Assembly (NCBI GenBank): GCA_900617105.1
Contig: UYFQ01000172.1
Location: 1-54,484 of the forward strand
Length of the DNA stretch: 54,484 bases
Reading direction: 5' to 3'
Source of the DNA: Hydrurus foetidus
Taxonomy: Eukaryota
Shown here: one piece after another, positions 49,538-54,484 of the stretch
Position numbering within the stretch: position 1 is the stretch's first letter
Layout of the letters: the number at the start of each line of letters is the position of its first letter
Notes under the pieces: model-generated
The model's database searches: none
Seen by the model: only the letters and a program-made list of their open reading frames with translations
Told to the model about the DNA's origin: nothing
Program-made: the position numbers and the translations under genes

Positions 49538-51676
49538 TTACAGGGCAAAGACTTTTCCAACTTTAGTTCGAAAAGCTTTTCGAATCTTTTTCATCAATGC
49601 TCCGCTTGAGCCGATTTCGATATCGCGAATCTTTACGGCTGTTCTGATAACGTTTTTATTGAGCAGGCGATAATGCTCTGTTTCTTTGTACGATCTGAAG
49701 CGACTCACTAGTTCTGTCATCGCGACACTTTCTAAAAAATCGAACATTCCTTTTCTCGGATTGCCGATCAAACGCATAACTCTCGTTCTGTTCTCTTCAT
49801 TCATGGAGATTTCATATGCAGCTCCTCTAGCTATAAAGTAGGAGTATATCTCCCACGCCTTCAATATAATTGCTTCTGAATCTGGTGTTGCCTGAGCCCA
49901 TTCAGTGGGTACGCTGACAGTACCGCCGACTGAAATCTTTCTCCCTGTCGGAAACAAGACAATCGGAATATTCTTTGGGTCAAGAGCGTGTTTATTGACA
50001 CTATTGGATGGACTACTACATTGACTCCTATTCGTGATTCTGCGATGACTTAATATCTGCTTCCTCGCAGAGCTAGGATTCGATGTTGATTTCAACAGAA
50101 CACCTGCCATAAATTCGTTGAATGTCGTGATCATTCGTATACAGAGCAATGATTCGGAAGTCATGCTCGCCTTTAAACGAAGTAAAAATCCGTTAAATAA
50201 TAGGCCATCAGAAAGTATTTCTTGTAAAGTGTAACACTTTCCGTCATCTCGATGGAGATAAAAGCCCTGATAGATGTCGTTCAAAATGCCACTTTCTGGA
50301 GATTTCACGAAGAGTCTGTTTGCTTTCGGTAACAAATATGAAAATCTTGACCCAACATCATACGCTATGTTCCCTGACCGGTTCAACAATACGTAAAGAC
50401 TTGATTTCAAGAATCTCAGAAATATGTCTCTTCGTAGAATTATCAGCACCTCTTGGATTGCTTCTGAAAAAACATCCGCACCGTATAGTTCTTCAAACTG
50501 CAGTCTACACAGCGTATTGTGCGCAATGTTCTTGGGGAGAAGAATGTAATTTTCGGAGAATACTCCAGCACCGCATCGTCCTCGCATTGGTGAAGCTGGC
50601 AGCCCCTCAGCAGTACTGCCGAGAAAGTGACGGTCATAGATACCTCTGATAGGAGATACTCTGCCGAATTGAGCGATGCATTTCATATTCTTGACTGCAT
50701 CGCTTGACGGCACTTTATCAGATGCGCCGCCATCACTCGTGCTATAATGCCCACTCTCGATAGGAAGACAACTTCCAGAATGTATGCTACTAACGTTGTC
50801 ATCGTAATTCTTCATTTTCAGACATTTGTCGCGTTTGTCGAAAAACTGTGCGTCTAAAACTTGCCAGCTCTCTCTATCTTCATCGCATGAACCTCGATTG
50901 CTCACAGGTGTAAAGCGGCTGCTGTCGCATTCGTACTTTGAAGCATCATTGCTTCCACAGTTTTTCGTTCTCAAATCTTCAACTGCAATGTAGAATTGCA
51001 AATATTCCGCATTGAATTCTGATTCACAGAATGCCATGAAGTAACCCGTACTTATGGGGGAAGACAGAACACGCATCAGAAGGTCTTCTGTTTCAGACGG
51101 CTTTCGAGAAGATTTATGGACGGGTGTGCCGTCATGTGATACAAATTTCTCTTCGAATGCGCTCTTAGCGTAGGGCACTCCATCTTTAGATTGTCTTCTG
51201 GCGTAGAAGCTGGACACGCCCCGTGAAACGGCATCCAAGAAGACTCTTTTATTCGTCACTGGTGTGCTCTTCACCTTATAATTAGATGCCCACAGCTTAA
51301 GCTCCTGAAGAGTGCCCAATGATCTCTTCCTCATACTCCACTGAGCTCGATCGGCTCCACCGTTAGCTTTGCTCGTTGTAGGTTTTTTTCTCATCGGAAA
51401 TAATTTCTCCTCATGACTTATCTGAAACAGCCTCCCGCTCTTCGAAGAAAACCACTCACGTTCCAGGCGACGAGCAATCTTTTGGTTTGCATTACGGAAA
51501 TTCTGATCATCATGCGATGGCGAGCGAGAGACATAGGCGATATGTGGAGGTTTTGATGCCTTCATCGAAAACACATGTTTAAACTTGAACCCCTCTCTAG
51601 TACTGCTCGATGATGATCTAAAAGATCGGAATTTTGCATTGTTGTCCTTCTCTTCCTCAGGTGAGTGAACAGTCAT
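49538..51676 (-). CDS. Intronless paralogous protein with two RGS-like domains
   Basis: Long ORF (first ATG at 51676, about 712 aa). FMAFCESEFNAEYLQFYIAVEDLR, ELYGADVFSEA (identical in the paralog), RRDIFLRFLKSSLY, LQEILSDGLLFNGFL, AWEIYSYFIARGAAYEI, MFDFLESVAMTEL. Confidence 0.85.
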   Translation of the reverse strand: MTVHSPEEEKDNNAKFRSFRSSSSSTREGFKFKHVFSMKASKPPHIAYVSRSPSHDDQNFRNANQKIARRLEREWFSSKSGRLFQISHEEKLFPMRKKPTTSKANGGADRAQWSMRKRSLGTLQELKLWASNYKVKSTPVTNKRVFLDAVSRGVSSFYARRQSKDGVPYAKSAFEEKFVSHDGTPVHKSSRKPSETEDLLMRVLSSPISTGYFMAFCESEFNAEYLQFYIAVEDLRTKNCGSNDASKYECDSSRFTPVSNRGSCDEDRESWQVLDAQFFDKRDKCLKMKNYDDNVSSIHSGSCLPIESGHYSTSDGGASDKVPSSDAVKNMKCIAQFGRVSPIRGIYDRHFLGSTAEGLPASPMRGRCGAGVFSENYILLPKNIAHNTLCRLQFEELYGADVFSEAIQEVLIILRRDIFLRFLKSSLYVLLNRSGNIAYDVGSRFSYLLPKANRLFVKSPESGILNDIYQGFYLHRDDGKCYTLQEILSDGLLFNGFLLRLKASMTSESLLCIRMITTFNEFMAGVLLKSTSNPSSARKQILSHRRITNRSQCSSPSNSVNKHALDPKNIPIVLFPTGRKISVGGTVSVPTEWAQATPDSEAIILKAWEIYSYFIARGAAYEISMNEENRTRVMRLIGNPRKGMFDFLESVAMTELVSRFRSYKETEHYRLLNKNVIRTAVKIRDIEIGSSGALMKKIRKAFRTKVGKVFAL

Positions 51677-52237
51677 TAATATCAACTGGAAGCCAGGCCA
51701 TGAAGAGGGAGTTGTCAATAAAGCTGGAATCTACAAGGATTTCGGGACTCCATTTTTCTCAAACAGAAATGGCATCCATCGCCGCATCATCCAACAGAAT
51801 TGTCTTCACCCAGCGGCAAACAGTCATCTTATCATCAACAGAAATCTCCACGATTATTACTCTTTCTCACGATTATTACTCAAAGCATAATCTGATGTGC
51901 GAGACGGTCAACGAAGGAAAAAAACAAAAAACTCCGATTCAAAAATCATTCAGTTTTTTTTCGAGTTTTTTATTCTCTTTTTCGTTTTTTCGAGTTTTGT
52001 ATTCGAATAACACCTTTTCAGTCTTTCACCCACAACTATTTTCAATGATCGAATTATTGACTTCTGAATAGCGCATGTTGTAGACCATGTAAAGATTAGT
52101 GATTCGGCAGAAGGGAATTGAATATAAAAATTTATTGATGATGATAGGGCACTAAACGTCAGTATTTTAAATTCTTCCTGTTACGGTTTTGAGAATCGTG
52201 AAAAAGTACCCAAAGTTTGGAAGTGTACCCAACTGTC

Positions 52238-52553
52238 TGTTGGAGTATCCGGAGAAAAGACACTGCTGTAGTTGTATAGTATATGTATGGAACCCGACGG
52301 ACAGCGGCGTGCATCATAGCGCACGTACCGCTGACCGTTGGATGTGTGGGCTCGTGGAGCCATCCATTCACCTGTCTTCAACATGGGTGAAAACGTGCAA
52401 TTGTCTTGATATGTAAAGCTTCGTTGCCGTCTTGATTGATGCCGGTGCACAAGTTTAATTATCAAGTAATTACGCAACACAAACCTATTTTACGAGCCTT
52501 GGGTCACCGGTCGCATTAGTCACAAAGCATCCGGATTTAGAGAAATCCCAACA
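52238..52553 (+). repeat. 5' LTR of the Copia element (about 316 bp)
   Basis: TGTTGG...CCAACA inverted termini, 25 nt upstream of the gag ATG. Predicted TSD CTGTC (52233-52237). Partner LTR is outside the window. Confidence 0.72.
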
Positions 52554-52578
52554 TAATTAAACTTGTCAGCGCATCGAG

Positions 52579-54484
52579 ATGCCGCCGAAGAAACAAGAAG
52601 AACCAAAATCAGGTGCAGAGCAGTGCATGCTGAGAATCGGACGTTACAACAACGTGGTGCAATGGAGGGAAGACATGCAGAACGAGGCATGCGGCCTGTA
52701 CGGGATGACAGGCACGTTCTTCACCACCAACAAAAGCTACGTCCATCCGTATCCTCGCGAGGAGGATTACAATCCCACCTTCCAAACAGTGGAAACGGAT
52801 ATTCAGACGGCGGGTACCGAAAATGAAGACGAGGAAGACGAATCCGTAGACCTCGATAATGTCATGATCGGACCACAGCCTCCACCAGTGCCTCCTGTCG
52901 TGTACTCCGAGGCACTCATCGACAAGCTGCGCGCCAATGCATTCGAGGGACGCCGCAAGGCAGTCGAAACGCAAAAAGTCGATGAGCAAAAGCTCTTTCC
53001 ACTAATGTGGTCGAGAATGTCAACTGGGTCCAAATCCAAGGTTCGTGAGGAGCCAGGGTTCGAAGCGGCTCGCCTCAGACTCGACAGTGTAAAACTGTGG
53101 GAGTACATTAGAAGGAGTCACTTAACTCACGCCTACGGTGAAGACGATTCGATGCGAGCGATGAATGTGCATGAGCAGACCATCAGGTACAACTACCTCA
53201 GACAGGGGAACGTGAGGTAATTGGAGACTTCAAGACACGCTTCGATAAGCAGGTATTGGTCAACAGAGGTGTTGGTATGACAGAAGTCGAAGAATCGATT
53301 AGGGCAATCGATTTCCTCAGTTAGTTCGATCAGAAAAAATATATACCGGTATGTTGACCCTAATGCGTAACAATGCCGTATAAAACCTGCCGAATAGCTT
53401 CCCTTCTACCTTAGCCGGAGCCTACAGGGTAGCGTCATCCTGGACCAGCTCGAGCGGAGGAGTCCCCCTTGGCGCCGAGCAACATTCCGCGTTCTTGACC
53501 GATTCTTTGATGAGCACAAAGGAAAAAGTCGCGGGAAAAGGATCGAAGGGAAGACAGCTGGGACAAAAAAGAAAGCATCGTCAGTGATATGTTTCGTATG
53601 CGGAAAGACGGGACATTTCGCTAGAGACTGCGATCAGCGCAAAGAAGGAGAGCATGCGCTGCACACCAACATCGAAGAAGATGCAGAGGAAGATGACGAG
53701 AGTATCGAGGCGGCTTTCATCACGACAGATGAAGTGGCCTTGTTCACTCAAAGTCACGTGCTGTTGGACAATCAGGCGTCAGTTAACATCTTCTGTAACT
53801 CCGCGCTTCTCACCGACATTAGGAAATCACAGAACGCGATTCTCCTCAAAGGAGTTCAGTCTGAAGCAAAGGGTGTCCGAGTCGAACAGGAGGGCAACTT
53901 TGGAGACATCGGACCAGTATATTTCAGTCGCGGAGCAACAGCTAACATACTCTCCTTCGCAGCGATGGCAGACAGAGGTGCCGAGATCAGCTACGATCAT
54001 GAGATTGGGTGCTTCACACTTCGACCAGCTGGAAGCAAGACGAAGTATCACTTCAGCAGACAGGACCTGCCAGGGTCGGCGGGAAGATTCTATGTATGGG
54101 ACGCGAGCAGCGTGGCGATACAGGAGCAAGCATTGGTGACGACTGTCAGAGACAACATGGCTCGGTTCACGAAACGAGAGGTTGCATCGGCAGCAGCAGC
54201 CAGAGAGATGCTAGCCAGGATGGGTTATCCACCGGTCGAGATGGCTATCGCAATGATCAGAGGAGGAAACAACTTCAGCGTCTCTGAAGCCGACTTCAGA
54301 AACGCCCACACAATCTGGGGCAAATGCCTCGCCAGCCTTAGAGGAAAAACCCACAAGAAGTCTTCTCCAGTGCCGGACATTTCAGTGACACCAGCACCAG
54401 CGCAGCAACACCAAGTCCTAAGCGTGGATATAATGTACCTAGAGACAACAGCGATACTTATCGCTGTATCCACCCCTCTGGATA
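52579..54484 (+). pseudogene. Copia gag-pol, disrupted, runs off the window
   Basis: Gag ORF 52579-53220. Frameshifts and in-frame TAG/TAA at about 53210-53560. CFVCGKTGHFARDC at 53590-53631, protease VLLDNQASVNIF (Asp 53767) with ANILS, integrase LSVDIMYL (Asp 54427); frame is open to the window end. Confidence 0.88.

Larger units (their letters stand above)
52238..54484 (+). mobile_element. Ty1/Copia LTR retrotransposon (CoDi-like), 5' portion, decayed
   Basis: LTR, gag, CCHC zinc knuckle, protease, then integrase start before any RT, which is the Copia domain order. Confidence 0.88.

Noticed and set aside
52145..52237. Possible DNA-transposon end interrupted by the Copia insertion (repeated GTACCCAA)
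   Set aside because: No partner terminus in the window, so it cannot be supported
53654..54473. Listed ORFs 53654-54139, 54009-54287 and minus-strand ORFs
   Set aside because: Off-frame shadows; the real Pol frame is open to the window end and so is missing from the track

Overview
Eukaryotic genomic DNA, probably from a stramenopile/ochrophyte (inferred from a CoDi-like Copia element, TTAGGG-type repeats and intron style). From left to right: (1) the 3' two-thirds of a chromodomain-bearing Ty3/Gypsy retrotransposon (protease end, RT, RNase H, integrase, chromodomain, PPT, 3' LTR about 3642-4395); (2) a disrupted, intron-containing pogo/DDE_1 (DD35D) transposase gene with an unusually long N-terminal extension, followed by convergent spliced gene remnants; (3) one giant + strand gene (about 9829-45125) that I traced by hand as about 76 in-frame exons encoding a roughly 3400-aa coiled-coil protein, whose introns hold microsatellites, two minisatellites and foldback/MITE elements; (4) a degenerate TTAGGG tract inside a perfect 29-bp inverted repeat; (5) two convergent, intronless paralogous genes each with tandem RGS-like domains; (6) the 5' end of a decayed CoDi-like Ty1/Copia element. 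The best candidates for new biology are a possibly spliced antisense gene spanning the Gypsy LTR and PPT, an EEP/APE-like segment fused upstream of the pogo transposase, and a polarised intron architecture with very long AG-free, G-depleted 3' tracts. All protein family calls are motif recognition by eye; no database searches were run.
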